From: Sedimentisphaerales bacterium
GTDB lineage: Bacteria; Planctomycetota; Phycisphaerae; Sedimentisphaerales; SM23-30
Direction of reading: 5' to 3'
DNA: 64,000 bases
Assembly: GCA_963663965.2 (NCBI GenBank)
Contig: CAXXFK010000029.1
Coordinates: 1-64,000 of the forward strand
Of this stretch, positions 1 to 10,498 are shown one piece after another (positions within the stretch are counted from its first letter, which is position 1; the number at the start of each line of letters is the position of its first letter). A model generated the notes under the pieces. It worked only from the letters and a program-made list of their open reading frames with translations. It was not told the DNA's origin and searched no databases. The position numbers and the translations under genes are program-made.

Positions 1-81
1 GACAAATATGCCGGTTCTTTGTTCCTTGCCAGAGAAAAATTATCCTCGCTTTCGCCTCTAAAGCAATTATTAGAGGTGCCC
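1..81 (+). mobile_element. Right end of the 188-bp hairpin MITE (partial copy at window edge)
   Basis: nt 11-81 closely match the right part of the full copy at 50623-50810 and end in the terminal repeat AATTATTAGAGGTGCCC followed by TAAA. Confidence 0.8.
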
Positions 82-160
82 TAAATACTAAAGAATATTA
101 TTCTATATATAGCTGATCGCATAAAATTCAATCTGATGATTAATCTCTGGAGTTTATCGT

Positions 161-1033
161 ATGCCCCCTCATAATATGTCAATTTTTATGACCCCGCAAT
201 TTACTGCTCCGCCTCGTTTGATAATAGGATTTTCCGGGTGGATGGATGGGGGGGATGTTTCAACAGGAACAGTAGATTATTTCGTTTCTGAATATCAAAT
301 GGAACAGTTCGCATTGATATATCCTGATAGTTTTTATATCAATCATATTCCGGGCAGTTTGGAACTTGTGTCGATGCTTCGTCCATTTGCTTCGATAGCG
401 GATGGTGTAATAAGAACTTATAATGAAATTGAAAATCAATTCTTTTTTTCCGAAGAACATAACTTAATTGTATTACGAGGCAATGAGCCTCACATAAACT
501 GGAGACTTTATTGTGACTGTGTTTTTGAACTTGCTCAACAAACCGGTGTTGAGACTATCTATTTCGCGGGCAGCTATGCGGGTATGGTTCCTCATACTCG
601 AGAACCTCGTGTGACGGCAGTGATATCCAATGATCAATTACGTGATCTGTTGTCGCGATGTAATATCAAATTCGCGAATTACCAGGGACCCTCCAGTCTG
701 ATTACTTATATGATACGCCAGGCAGAGAGTCGTAATATTAAGATGGCCAGTATTGTCGCAGAAATTCCCCCTTATATTCAAGGGCGTAATCCTCGCTGCA
801 TTGAATCGGTTTTGCGTCGTTTTTGCCGATTGCTGGATTTGGATCTCGATCTGGCAGAATTACGTATGATCAGTGATGAAATTGAAAAGAGATTAAATAC
901 CGCAGTTGCAGAACGTGAGGACTTAACCGAGCACATTGCTCGTATGGAAGAGACCTATGATAAAGACGTTTTTGATACGGATATGCCTGATCTGAAACAG
1001 TGGCTTATTGACAAGGGAATCCGTCTTGACTGA
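161..1033 (+). CDS. PAC2 (proteasome assembly chaperone) family protein
   Basis: Motifs LIIGFSGWMDGG, GNEP..NW, VPHTR, YQGPSS and PPY; C-terminal coiled coil ending LEETYD-like. Confidence 0.8.
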   Translation: MPPHNMSIFMTPQFTAPPRLIIGFSGWMDGGDVSTGTVDYFVSEYQMEQFALIYPDSFYINHIPGSLELVSMLRPFASIADGVIRTYNEIENQFFFSEEHNLIVLRGNEPHINWRLYCDCVFELAQQTGVETIYFAGSYAGMVPHTREPRVTAVISNDQLRDLLSRCNIKFANYQGPSSLITYMIRQAESRNIKMASIVAEIPPYIQGRNPRCIESVLRRFCRLLDLDLDLAELRMISDEIEKRLNTAVAEREDLTEHIARMEETYDKDVFDTDMPDLKQWLIDKGIRLD

Positions 1034-1050
1034 TAGGCGATAAAAAGATA

Positions 1051-1890
1051 TCAATGTCTGGAAAAAATACTAATCGGGAGGTGTTTCCAGTCTCCAATGC
1101 CATCCCACCAGATAGAAATAATATCTTTGGCCGAAATATAGCTATTTGGGGGTGATTCCGGGAGATTGGTCAGGGTTAAATCCTGAAGCAGTTTCATCCC
1201 TTCCATGCCTCCGCGTTGCCAGGCAATTAACCCGATTTCACCCGCTTGTATGACGATATGATCGTTTTCGAATCGAAAACGATTATTTGTGATCAAGTCG
1301 CTCAATTGGGTGGCGTAAGGTTTGAGATACTCAGTCAGCATGGTTTTTTCGTTTTCTTCCTTCACTTTCATTTCCTGAAGCAGTTCATCACGTTCGCGAG
1401 CAAGCCTTTCCTGCTCCAGACGTTCCGCTTCCTGCCGTTTCTGGCGATGTTCATGGGCGCCGGGAATATTATTTTCGATGACCGTTACCAGTGGATCGAT
1501 AATAATCCAGACCATAAAAGTGACGATTAAAGTGGCAACAGACAGATTCAGAATAAATTCCGATTTGCCAATACCAACCTGAAAGGAGAATAATCCAGAG
1601 CATGCGCCCAAAAGAGGGCAGAGGGAATAAAAAATATTATAAATGGCAGTATTTGTTAATGGATGTTCAATTTCAGGTTCTTCAGCGCGTTGCGTTCCCT
1701 TGAATACGGCCAGAATATAAAAGGCAATAATCGGATAAAGCAATCCGATCGAGTAACCGGACAGGGAAAATATGATAAACCAGTTATAACCAGCCTGGTA
1801 TAAAGATAATGCCACGATAAAAATGACGCTCAGCGCGAACCAAAGCGTGCTGATAAAGTGAAGCTTTTGAAGTATCCTGGTTTGTGGCAT
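1051..1890 (-). CDS. Hypothetical membrane protein (about 4 TM segments plus C-terminal coiled coil)
   Basis: 279-aa ORF; hydrophobic segments followed by a charged heptad region. Confidence 0.65.
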   Translation of the reverse strand: MPQTRILQKLHFISTLWFALSVIFIVALSLYQAGYNWFIIFSLSGYSIGLLYPIIAFYILAVFKGTQRAEEPEIEHPLTNTAIYNIFYSLCPLLGACSGLFSFQVGIGKSEFILNLSVATLIVTFMVWIIIDPLVTVIENNIPGAHEHRQKRQEAERLEQERLARERDELLQEMKVKEENEKTMLTEYLKPYATQLSDLITNNRFRFENDHIVIQAGEIGLIAWQRGGMEGMKLLQDLTLTNLPESPPNSYISAKDIISIWWDGIGDWKHLPISIFSRH

Positions 1891-1947
1891 TTATTAATTT
1901 TAAAACAGGTTAATTCTATTGAATGGGATTTCTTGGCTTAATTTTTT

Positions 1948-1985
1948 TAAAAGCGAATATCCGAAACAATATTCGGATATTCGCT
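1948..1985 (-). terminator. Intrinsic terminator-like hairpin downstream of the polysaccharide export gene
   Basis: AGCGAATATCCGAA-N6-TTCGGATATTCGCT perfect 14-bp stem, followed by a short T run on the minus strand. Confidence 0.6.
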
Positions 1986-2005
1986 GGAATTAACAAATAA
2001 CAAGA

Positions 2006-2749
2006 TTATCTACCGGCATAGGCTTGAACCTGATAATATTGATAAACAGGAGAGAGGGCACGACCAATCGGCCGGACGAATTCTTCGATAACCATAGCAA
2101 TGGCCGAAAGTGGTGTTGGAGGAACATACAGGATATCACCTTCTTCGAGCAGTACATTCCGGTCCATAACCCCTTTTTTCATCATTTTCTTCAAATTAAT
2201 TTCTATAATATTAGCTTCTTCTGAACCATCGGGAGAGGGACGGACCAAACGAATCTTTGAAGCCCAACTGGTGACTTGTAATTTTGCGTCTGCAATAGCT
2301 GTCAGTACTGTTTCGCGGCCAGTATATGTTTTGGCTCCGGGTAAGGCTACTTCTCCCATGACGTAAAACAAACTGCTGCTATAAGTCGAAATCTGGACAT
2401 CAATTGGATAGTCTCCTTTAATTGAATACAGCGATTCTGCCTTGGCTTTAATATCTTCAGCTAACTCTTTGGGAGTTTTGCCTGCGGCTTCAATTTCACC
2501 CAGACCTTCAAATGAAATCATACCATCCGGACGGATTTTCTGAGATTTACCATTTACCTCGGCAATTCTGGCACACTGGATAGTAATCTGGTCCGGTGGT
2601 TGCAATCGGTATTCGGTAGTTGAGGTATTACTTTCGTAAGGTTTCAGGAATTTTGCTAAATCCCCATTGGGAGCGGCACAACCACCTAATATTAAAGCTA
2701 TCCCCATGACAAGAGTTAAAGTCAGTAATCGCATTCTTAGCATTCGCAT
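2006..2749 (-). CDS. Polysaccharide biosynthesis/export lipoprotein (Wza-like, Poly_export + SLBB)
   Basis: Lipobox LGGC; YRLQPPD, IRPDGMIS, AAGKT, YVMGEV..PG and GDILYVP motifs; AAGGAG RBS before the ATG at 2749. Confidence 0.85.
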   Translation of the reverse strand: MRMLRMRLLTLTLVMGIALILGGCAAPNGDLAKFLKPYESNTSTTEYRLQPPDQITIQCARIAEVNGKSQKIRPDGMISFEGLGEIEAAGKTPKELAEDIKAKAESLYSIKGDYPIDVQISTYSSSLFYVMGEVALPGAKTYTGRETVLTAIADAKLQVTSWASKIRLVRPSPDGSEEANIIEINLKKMMKKGVMDRNVLLEEGDILYVPPTPLSAIAMVIEEFVRPIGRALSPVYQYYQVQAYAGR

Positions 2750-2949
2750 CTGTATGCTCCTTAAAGTTAACTTATGCAAAAATAGTTACTTACGCATAAT
2801 AATGTTATCGTCACATCAACAGTATATTTTAGTAAAAAATTTTAGTCTATCTATACTCTGATTGTCCAGCCTTGATAAGCGAAAAAAAAGTCAGAGAGCT
2901 AAGTTATGTAAGTGACTACGATAAAGGGAGATATAACTATAGAATCGAA

Positions 2950-4038
2950 TTACCTTCCAGAAAAGGCCTGGCGATAAATTTTGAGGGTTTTTCGGGCAAT
3001 TTTATCCCAGGTCAGGTTTTCAGCTGACTGGAATGCATTTTGGGCAAGTTTTAGCTTTAAGACGGGATCGATAATAATCTTACGGATTAAATCAGCGATA
3101 TTGGAACGGTCTCTGGCAATCAACAGGCCGTTCTGGTTATGTCTGATAATATCCGGAATACCCCCAACGCGAGTGGCAATGATCGGCAGTGAGGCGGACA
3201 TGGCTTCAACAAGGGTTAGTGGCAGTCCTTCGCTATAGGAGGCATTAATAAAAAAATCAGCCGCCTGGTAGTAAATTTCAACCTGATCATGCTGAATAAC
3301 GCCAGTTTTGATCAGCCAGGGGGCATTCTCAAAACCGGTGCCGGGCATAGCAATCAATTTCAATTGTGGATAATCGCCCGTCAGTTGATTAAATGCATGG
3401 GCGATATCGGGTGTTCCTTTCACCCGGTCATAACCCCGGCCGACGAAAATTCCGGCGATATCAGTATCATTGAGATGGAGCTTTCGGCGTAATTCGAAGC
3501 GGATTGGCATGCTGGCAGTTATCGGCCCGCTACCATTGGGGATGGTCGTCACATGGTCTGGTCGGATACCAAAGCGGCTAATCGCCCATTGTCGAGCGGA
3601 TTCACTGACGGTGATCACTTGATCCGCCCAGGCGGACCAGAACCATTCCAAAAGGGTGGAGGTATAGCAACGCCAATTGAACGGGGTGTTGCAGCCAATT
3701 AAATAATCGAACGCAATATTATGTGTGGTATGGATATGGCGCTGTGATCGATTGCGATTCAGCAGATAACCGGTTAACTCGGGAATGAAAAAGCCACTAT
3801 GGGTATGGATAATTTTGTATTGAGATGGATCGAATTTTCGGAGTTCCAGACAGGGTAAATCGTCAAAACGTTCGGTGGTAGACTGGTTGAGCTGACAATA
3901 TAGATCGATGTGAACCCCCAATGCAGCCAGAGCGCGAGCCAGACAGCGGATATGGGTTTCTACCCCACCATGACTGTTGATATCGAGTGGATGACAAATA
4001 GCAACTTTCATTGGGCTATCTTGTTTAATTGCATTCAT
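2950..4038 (-). CDS. Glycosyltransferase family 4
   Basis: GGVE N-terminal motif; SYSEGLPLTLVEAM (EX7E); TRVGGIPD. Confidence 0.9.
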   Translation of the reverse strand: MNAIKQDSPMKVAICHPLDINSHGGVETHIRCLARALAALGVHIDLYCQLNQSTTERFDDLPCLELRKFDPSQYKIIHTHSGFFIPELTGYLLNRNRSQRHIHTTHNIAFDYLIGCNTPFNWRCYTSTLLEWFWSAWADQVITVSESARQWAISRFGIRPDHVTTIPNGSGPITASMPIRFELRRKLHLNDTDIAGIFVGRGYDRVKGTPDIAHAFNQLTGDYPQLKLIAMPGTGFENAPWLIKTGVIQHDQVEIYYQAADFFINASYSEGLPLTLVEAMSASLPIIATRVGGIPDIIRHNQNGLLIARDRSNIADLIRKIIIDPVLKLKLAQNAFQSAENLTWDKIARKTLKIYRQAFSGR

Positions 4039-4308
4039 TTAGGTTAAATATCGGTTGTTATATCTCTTAACCTGTAATGATTTTATCAGTTGTTGATAAC
4101 AGGATATCAGAGGTGCTCAAAATATGTTCGAACTGGTTTGTGCTGGTAAATATTATTGCAGATAGATATACTGTTTTTTATAGATTCCGAGAGAACAACC
4201 GTCAATCTGGCAAAGAACAGCCATGCATAGGTTGTTTTCGCTGACGATTTTACTTACGGCATAGTTGAGAATATTCCTTAATGATCTGGTATTCCAGAAG
4301 GATAACCT

Positions 4309-5289
4309 TTGAAAAGTTCTACGATAAAAACCTTGATAACCGGAGGTGCGGGTTTTATTGGTTCGCATCTGGCCGAGATGCTATTGGACCGTGGCGAACA
4401 GGTGGTGGTCATCGATGATTTAAGTACGGGCCGTCTCGATAATATCCGGCATTTGCTCGAGCAGCCGGGTTTTACTTTTGTACAAGACACGGTTCGCAAT
4501 GCCACGACGATGCATATCCTGATGGAAAAATGTGACCGTGTTTTTCACCTGGCGGCGGCAGTGGGTGTCCAATTGATTGTTGAACGGCCGGTGCATACGA
4601 TCGAGACCAATATTCATGGTACTGAAGTGGTGCTGGAGGTTGCCAACAAGTTTCGCCGCAAGGTATTGCTCGCGTCCACCAGCGAGGTGTATGGCAAGAG
4701 CAACGCGGTGCCATTTCATGAAGATGATGATTCTGTACTGGGCAGCACCCGGTTTTCCCGCTGGTCTTATGCCTGTAGTAAGGCGATCGATGAATTTCTT
4801 GGATTAGCCTATCATCAGCAGTATGGATTGGAGGTAGTGGTGGTCCGGCTTTTCAATACGGTCGGACCGCGCCAGACCGGGCAGTATGGCATGGTAGTCC
4901 CTCGTTTTATCGAACGGGCCCTTAAAAATGAGCCGATCCAGATCTATGGCGATGGGAAGCAGACCCGATGTTTCTGTTATGTGGGTGATGTGATCCGGGC
5001 CCTAACCGGATTGATGGACGCAACGGGTACAGCCGGACAGGTTTATAATGTGGGCGCGATAGAGGAAGTGACCATTGAATCGCTGGCGAACCGGATTATT
5101 GCCCAGACTGAAAGTGGCAGCCAGAAAGAATTTCTCAGTTACGAAGAGGCTTATGGCCGGCCTTTTGATGATATGATGCGGAGGGTGCCTTGCCTGGATC
5201 GTATCCGGCAAACCATTGGCTATGAACCGCAAACCGGGCTGGATGAGATTTTACGTTTAGTGATTGAGGATGTTCGAAAGCAATTATAG
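4309..5289 (+). CDS. NAD-dependent nucleotide-sugar epimerase/dehydratase (extended SDR)
   Basis: TGGAGFIGSHL, HLAA, STSEVYG, YACSK (YxxxK), RLFNTVGPRQ. Confidence 0.9.
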   Translation: MKSSTIKTLITGGAGFIGSHLAEMLLDRGEQVVVIDDLSTGRLDNIRHLLEQPGFTFVQDTVRNATTMHILMEKCDRVFHLAAAVGVQLIVERPVHTIETNIHGTEVVLEVANKFRRKVLLASTSEVYGKSNAVPFHEDDDSVLGSTRFSRWSYACSKAIDEFLGLAYHQQYGLEVVVVRLFNTVGPRQTGQYGMVVPRFIERALKNEPIQIYGDGKQTRCFCYVGDVIRALTGLMDATGTAGQVYNVGAIEEVTIESLANRIIAQTESGSQKEFLSYEEAYGRPFDDMMRRVPCLDRIRQTIGYEPQTGLDEILRLVIEDVRKQL

Positions 5290-5404
5290 TCGAGAGGCTT
5301 GAATTGCCTGCATGTCTAATATGAAGATGCAAAGATAGCGGACGGATGAAACCATATGGTACGTCCGTTAAGCAATCGGCTGGATTGTGGTGGTTGAGGT
5401 TACC

Positions 5405-6244
5405 TTATTTCTTTTCCTCCTTGATGGGGATATCGGCCGGGGGTTTGGTGGGGATACCGAGGGCGTGGAGGGCTTCTTCGCCGTTCTGGTTGGCGAATGT
5501 GTTGAGGGTTTCGTAGCGGTTGCAGGCGTAACTGAATACCTGGTCGTCAGTTACGCTGTGGTCTTTCATCAATTCGGGGAGTCGGTCTTTGATGTATTCG
5601 GGGGCCAATTTGGCTTCGCTGGGGTGTGTGGGGATTCTGGGTGGGTCGGGGATGTGGACGCGGGGTAAATCGGGAAATGGGTACTCTGGGGGATATCCAT
5701 TGGGTTCGTTTGGTTTTTGTTGTAACTGCATCTGTTGCAGGAGCTTAAGTTTGGCCTGGAAGATTCTATTGAGGTGGGCTTCGTAGCGGGCCAGGCAGTT
5801 GAAGGCGGGGACTTCGAGGGTGAAGGCGGTGCCGACTTCGTTGTGGCGTGGTAAGTAGATGCTGGAGTGGGCGAAGGGCTGGTCGATGACGGTGTCTTTG
5901 CGGATTTCTTCGTTGGTGAGTCGGAGTTTGTAAACGCGGGCGTCCACCATTTCGGCTTCGATGCGGCATAAACGTTCGAGTCGCCAGGCGGTTGAGACGA
6001 TCTGGTCGGCGATATGGCGTTGAAGGTAAGTCGTTGGTTTGAGATCCTGAAGCAGTGCGGCGCGGAACTCGAGGTAGGTGAGTTCGGATTCGCCGGGGAC
6101 GATGAGGTGGGCGGGATCCTGGCCGCTGAGGCCGTGCTTGATAGCGTTTCTGGATGAGATGGCCTTGCCTTCGGGGGTTTTGGGGCCGGTGGATTTCTGG
6201 GCGTTACGACGGTTGGCTCTGAGTCTTCTTAGGGAAGATGACAT
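5405..6244 (-). CDS. Conserved hypothetical protein with ANRxNAxxSTGPxTxxGK...NAxKHGL N-terminus
   Basis: I recognise the motif as recurrent in uncharacterised proteins; GGAGG RBS upstream of the ATG at 6244 (the ORF-track start at 6313 is probably too long). Confidence 0.7.
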   Translation of the reverse strand: MSSSLRRLRANRRNAQKSTGPKTPEGKAISSRNAIKHGLSGQDPAHLIVPGESELTYLEFRAALLQDLKPTTYLQRHIADQIVSTAWRLERLCRIEAEMVDARVYKLRLTNEEIRKDTVIDQPFAHSSIYLPRHNEVGTAFTLEVPAFNCLARYEAHLNRIFQAKLKLLQQMQLQQKPNEPNGYPPEYPFPDLPRVHIPDPPRIPTHPSEAKLAPEYIKDRLPELMKDHSVTDDQVFSYACNRYETLNTFANQNGEEALHALGIPTKPPADIPIKEEKK

Positions 6245-6347
6245 GGTTGGTACCTCCTGTTTTAAGATTGTTATAAGTTTTGGCCCGATGTTTTCGGGTT
6301 TTGTTAAAGTCAATTTTTAGTTAATGTTATGGCAATAATTTCATGTA

Positions 6348-6701
6348 TTGGGTTTGTTTCGTTTTGTTTGGTATTCGCTGCGCTCATGGTTGTTTTATCT
6401 ATCTCTTTTGCGAGATATCCTGGCGGTACGCCTCTACGAGGCGTGGTTAAAAAAATACGTTTCGGGTTCGGCTATTCCCGCCAATGAATTGGCGGGCTAG
6501 GCGCTTTTGATCTCCTCCTGAGGCGGACCTTCGGTCTTCGAGATATTATTTGTATCCGTCCTCCTGAGGCGGACCTGCGGCCTTGAGGCGGATGTTTTTT
6601 ATTTTTCGTTAAGCTCATTTCAGTGTTAAAGTTAAGGCCATTATTTTTATCGTTGGGTTCGTTTCGTTTTGTGTTGGTATTCGCTGCGCTCATGGTTGTT
6701 T
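6348..6701. repeat. ~48-bp direct repeat (6348-6395 and 6653-6701)
   Basis: TTGGGTTYGTTTCGTTTTGT(G/T)TTGGTATTCGCTGCGCTCATGGTTGTTT-like sequence present twice. Confidence 0.85.
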
Positions 6702-6900
6702 AACCAGCATGGGCAACCGGGGGTTGCCCATCCGTTATCTTTCGCCTCCGGTGCGAAATTCTGCAGGAACGCCTCGGAGAGGCTTGGCGTGAGAAAAATA
6801 AAAAAAACAATCGTTGACCGGCGGTCTCACGACCCCGGCTAGAAACGGTCGGCTCCTCCTGAGGCGGATCTTCGATCCTCCTGAGGCGGATCTTCGACCT
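6513..6900. repeat. Cluster of short palindromic TCCTCCTGAGGCGGA units (about 5 copies) plus an ATGGGCAACC-GGG-GGTTGCCCAT hairpin (6709-6731)
   Basis: Read directly; REP-like short imperfect palindromes. Confidence 0.75.
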
Positions 6901-7624
6901 TCGGGCCTTTTACGTTTGGGTTGTTGGATTGTGTTGTTTTTGTTGGTTTCCATTTCATTTGTACCTTATTAACAGCCAAAATAAATTGGCTGGTTGGGTC
7001 TGGTCCGTATCAGATAGCACTGGGCCAAGCATGCACCCGCAAGCTGTGCCCGAATTGGGCCGCCCATAACACGACATAACCTAAAAAAGCGCAAAGGGGG
7101 TCCGCGGGCGTGGCCGGTGGGGGCGGGGCACGCCGGGGGCTGGCGGGTGGTTCGGGTGCTATTGGGTCGACTTTGGTATTATAGACCGAGTTGTACTATT
7201 AGTCAAATAAAATGTATTGTTATTATATTATATAACATAATATTCTTGTATGTATGTTTAATGATAGACCTGTTTCCGGTGGGAAAACCGGCTGATTAAT
7301 TCTTATTAGTTCATTAGTTAGAGATTTATGTTGATTTTAGAAGTTATCAAAAAAATAATATATACTTTCGTTGGGAAGACTAGCAAAACTTCTTAATAAA
7401 CAGTTATGGCCGCTACTGATAGCCGGCCAAAGGAAAATATAATTAGAAGGCGATTCATAAAGTGATGACTATCCTGATTTTACCATGTATTGCAAAAACT
7501 TAAATGGGAAACGCCATATAAAAATCGGGCTATCTGAATCGGCTGACAAATGCGGCGTATCTCGATGGCGGCGATCAGAATAATAAATTGTACCGGATCC
7601 CTTCCTTTTGATAAAAGGATCAAA

Positions 7625-9802
7625 ATGTGTCATTTACATGCAAAAAAACAGTGGGTCAGTTTCTCTGTAATCATAGGGATAGTCATGGTTTCAGGTTGCG
7701 CATCCGTTTATGATATTGCCCAAAAAAGTGATTCGTCTGCCAAGCGAATTAAAGCTATAAACAAAATCAATGTACAAGAAGATCTAATAAGCCTTGCAAT
7801 TCATGGGTGGTATAGTGACGCCAAATATTTAGCGGCAACTCGAATAGAAAATGCTGACCGGAATACCTGGATGAAAATAGCCCGGCTGACTGACTCACCA
7901 GAAGTGGCTGAACTGGCGATAAAGCACCTCAAAGCTGATCAGAGGGCTTTGAAAGATTTACTGGAAAGCGCTCACTATTTTGAAGTTATAGCTATGATGA
8001 TAAAACACATTGAAGATCAAAGGCTGTTAGCGGGTATCTTATCAGCTGATTACCCTAAACGTAGAGATACTCAAATAAGATATGATGCAGGTGAAGACGG
8101 CAGGGGGTCTATGTTTACCAGACATATTGGAGTAGATAAAGAAAGACGTTTAATCGCTGAACTAAAGAGTTCAGCTCTCGATAAAATTACAGAGGACGAT
8201 ATTCTAATTTCCATTTTAACAAGTAATAACTATGATAAAAAATATCGTAACGTTGCGGCGCAAAAACTTAGTGATAAGATATTGTATGGTATAGCTACAG
8301 ATGATAATTCTGATATTTCCTCGATATGCATGGCGATTTCTAAGATATCCGACCCGCTTTTGTTGAAAGAAATAGCCCGAGAGGCTGAAGGCAAAGACGC
8401 AGAATCAACAGAAGAATTTGCTATGAAGCGGCGTATTAAAATGAATAAGATTCTAGGCAAGATGGCTCGAATCCGTTGTCTTTTAATCCATCCAGAAATT
8501 ATCAAGGCGATTGGTGAGATTGACATGGAATTAGACTGCCATGAAATAACTCAGAAATATACAAATAGCACGTATTATGGAGAATACGTTTCTCTCCAAC
8601 TGGAAGGAGGGAACCTTCCTAAACCCAAAGAATTTTTATGGAGAACAGAGTTCACTTATTGGTCTAATAATATCAAGCCGTGTCCCTTTAATGTTGGAGA
8701 TGTGGCTGCATTTATCCTTGATCAGGCTAATTTATCAGTTTCTCAAATCCCCGGGAACAAGCAAAACGCCCACCTTAGAGCGTATTACCGGAACAAAACA
8801 AACAAAGTTCTTAATAAAGGTAATACCCCTGAGGTCTTCAAGGGTTCTCTGCCTAATGCTGTCCGGTCCAAACTAAAACAATATAGCAGATACACTGCTC
8901 AGTCTTTTAGCGCCATCGCTTTTGACCAGTATCTTACTGGTGATGAATTGGACAAATGGAGGTATGTTACTCAACTGTATTGTGATCCAAGAAAGTGCAT
9001 CCGCGAGTTTTATTCCGAGATGAAAAAAGATGATTCCGATAAAGCGGTTACTTTTGTGGACACCCTAGTATCCAATAATATCTACATTGAAAAGTACAAT
9101 CCCGAACAGCCTGACGAGTCGGTATTACTTGTCGATGTCTCTCTGTCATATGGTCGAATTAGAAATGTGGACATGATTGTATTGTGTCATGGTTACACAC
9201 GTACACCCTATTGCATCGATCTCGATTTCCTGATAGGGCAGATTGAAAGTGGCGCGAAAGAGATCATTATCTCCAACGGTAAGGGGGACTATGTCGTCTG
9301 TGACGCCGAGACAATAAAGAATGCTCTTGGAATTCTTTATGATTACGATTTTGGTCAGGGGCATGTTATCCTGTTAGAACCTTCTCCTCTAGACCGCGAC
9401 GGGTATACATTCAGCCGATTGACTTCGCTCATTGATATAAAATATAGTATACAAGGTGGGATAGAATTCCTGCGGTTGGAGTCGATATTCGGTGAACAAC
9501 CTGTGTCACAGGGTTTTGGTGGGCCAAGATCTCTTATTGATCTCAGGGATGCTGCAACCTGGCTTATGACTACGGCGAAAGATTCTCTACTTGTATGTGC
9601 TTCGGAAAGAGGCGCTGTTAGAAAGATCGAACAGACACAGGAGGGATTGTCTGTTGCTATAGAAACAGACAATGGGGCATATATATCTTGTCAAAAACTG
9701 AAAGCGGCTTTTGTGACCGTTGGTCAATTAGTAGAGACAGGGCAATACATCGGAGTACAAGATAATTTCCTTGAACTACCTGAAAACGTGTTAGAGAATT
9801 GA
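7625..9802 (+). CDS. Hypothetical lipoprotein with helical-repeat N-terminal region
   Basis: Signal peptide with lipobox VSGC when started at the ATG at 7625 (AAAGGA upstream); AT-rich relative to neighbours. Confidence 0.65.
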   Translation: MCHLHAKKQWVSFSVIIGIVMVSGCASVYDIAQKSDSSAKRIKAINKINVQEDLISLAIHGWYSDAKYLAATRIENADRNTWMKIARLTDSPEVAELAIKHLKADQRALKDLLESAHYFEVIAMMIKHIEDQRLLAGILSADYPKRRDTQIRYDAGEDGRGSMFTRHIGVDKERRLIAELKSSALDKITEDDILISILTSNNYDKKYRNVAAQKLSDKILYGIATDDNSDISSICMAISKISDPLLLKEIAREAEGKDAESTEEFAMKRRIKMNKILGKMARIRCLLIHPEIIKAIGEIDMELDCHEITQKYTNSTYYGEYVSLQLEGGNLPKPKEFLWRTEFTYWSNNIKPCPFNVGDVAAFILDQANLSVSQIPGNKQNAHLRAYYRNKTNKVLNKGNTPEVFKGSLPNAVRSKLKQYSRYTAQSFSAIAFDQYLTGDELDKWRYVTQLYCDPRKCIREFYSEMKKDDSDKAVTFVDTLVSNNIYIEKYNPEQPDESVLLVDVSLSYGRIRNVDMIVLCHGYTRTPYCIDLDFLIGQIESGAKEIIISNGKGDYVVCDAETIKNALGILYDYDFGQGHVILLEPSPLDRDGYTFSRLTSLIDIKYSIQGGIEFLRLESIFGEQPVSQGFGGPRSLIDLRDAATWLMTTAKDSLLVCASERGAVRKIEQTQEGLSVAIETDNGAYISCQKLKAAFVTVGQLVETGQYIGVQDNFLELPENVLEN

Positions 9803-9824
9803 TGATTTCAAGTTAAGCAAACGG

Positions 9825-10054
9825 TTGCGATCCCGGTTGATTGGACGACCGAAGAAGAATGAAAAAGAGAAAGGTGGAGCAAAAATAATGACTGTCGCGA
9901 ATGGCGATATTTTAGTCCAGGAGATTCGAAATGTGTTTGATACGATTGTCCCTGACGGGACATTATCAGGTGTGTATGCGGCCTCTGCTGATTAGGAGAC
10001 TGAAGAAGAATGAAACTGAGGAAAGTGATGCATAAATAGGTGACTGTCCCGAAT
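9825..10054 (+). repeat. Two degenerate ~78-bp copies (9825-9902, 9976-10054) resembling a RAYT transposase 3' end plus adjacent GTGACTGTCCC REP-like motif
   Basis: They translate to LRSRLIGRPKKNE and MRPLLIRRLKKNE, each followed by AAATA..TGACTGTC(G/C)CGAAT; the RAYT identity is recalled, not searched. Confidence 0.5.
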
Positions 10055-10226
10055 TTACCCTAATTTACCAATTTACCTGTCGAAAAAATATCAGGAATTA
10101 AGTCGCGAAATAATATACACTGTATTTTATAAAGACCCGGCCGAAGCGTTGAACTTGCCGGAGGAATATGAATAAAGATGTGGAAGGGAAGTTGTTTAGA
10201 TCAGCCCGCCACGGCGGATCCAAGAC

Positions 10227-10255
10227 ATGGGCAAAACAAGTTTTACCCATCCTAC
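10227..10255 (-). repeat. GTAG-type REP hairpin
   Basis: ATGGGCAAAAC-AA-GTTTTACCCAT-CCTAC (reverse complement starts GTAG); related hairpins at 6709-6731 and 40734-40756. Confidence 0.65.
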
Positions 10256-10498
10256 CGGCTTGATATGGAAATGCTAATACATCGAGGCAGCGGTGTTGGA
10301 TTACATCAGCATTTGCTAAATCATATGGGAGTTAAAAGTTATAAAGAGCTAACAAATACATTGAATAAAGCTAATAAGTTTCAAAAAGCGACTTTTGTAA
10401 ACAAGCTTAGAGGTGGGTATTCAACCTATTTTAGTGGAGCACCTGATTTTGATGAAATTATGGAAATTATAGATAGTGGTTTGGAGGGATGCAAATAA
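10256..10498 (+). pseudogene. Orphan C-terminal fragment of a putative polymorphic-toxin nuclease
   Basis: LIHRGSGVGLHQH His-rich segment; the first codons of ORF 10178 are REP DNA; stop overlaps the next start (TAATG). Confidence 0.4.

Noticed and set aside
6472..6953. Short ORFs containing GRRSASGG
   Set aside because: They are translations of the TCCGCCTCAGGAGG repeats.
10178..10255. N-terminus of the 106-aa ORF
   Set aside because: It is made of palindromic/REP DNA, so it is unlikely to be a genuine start.
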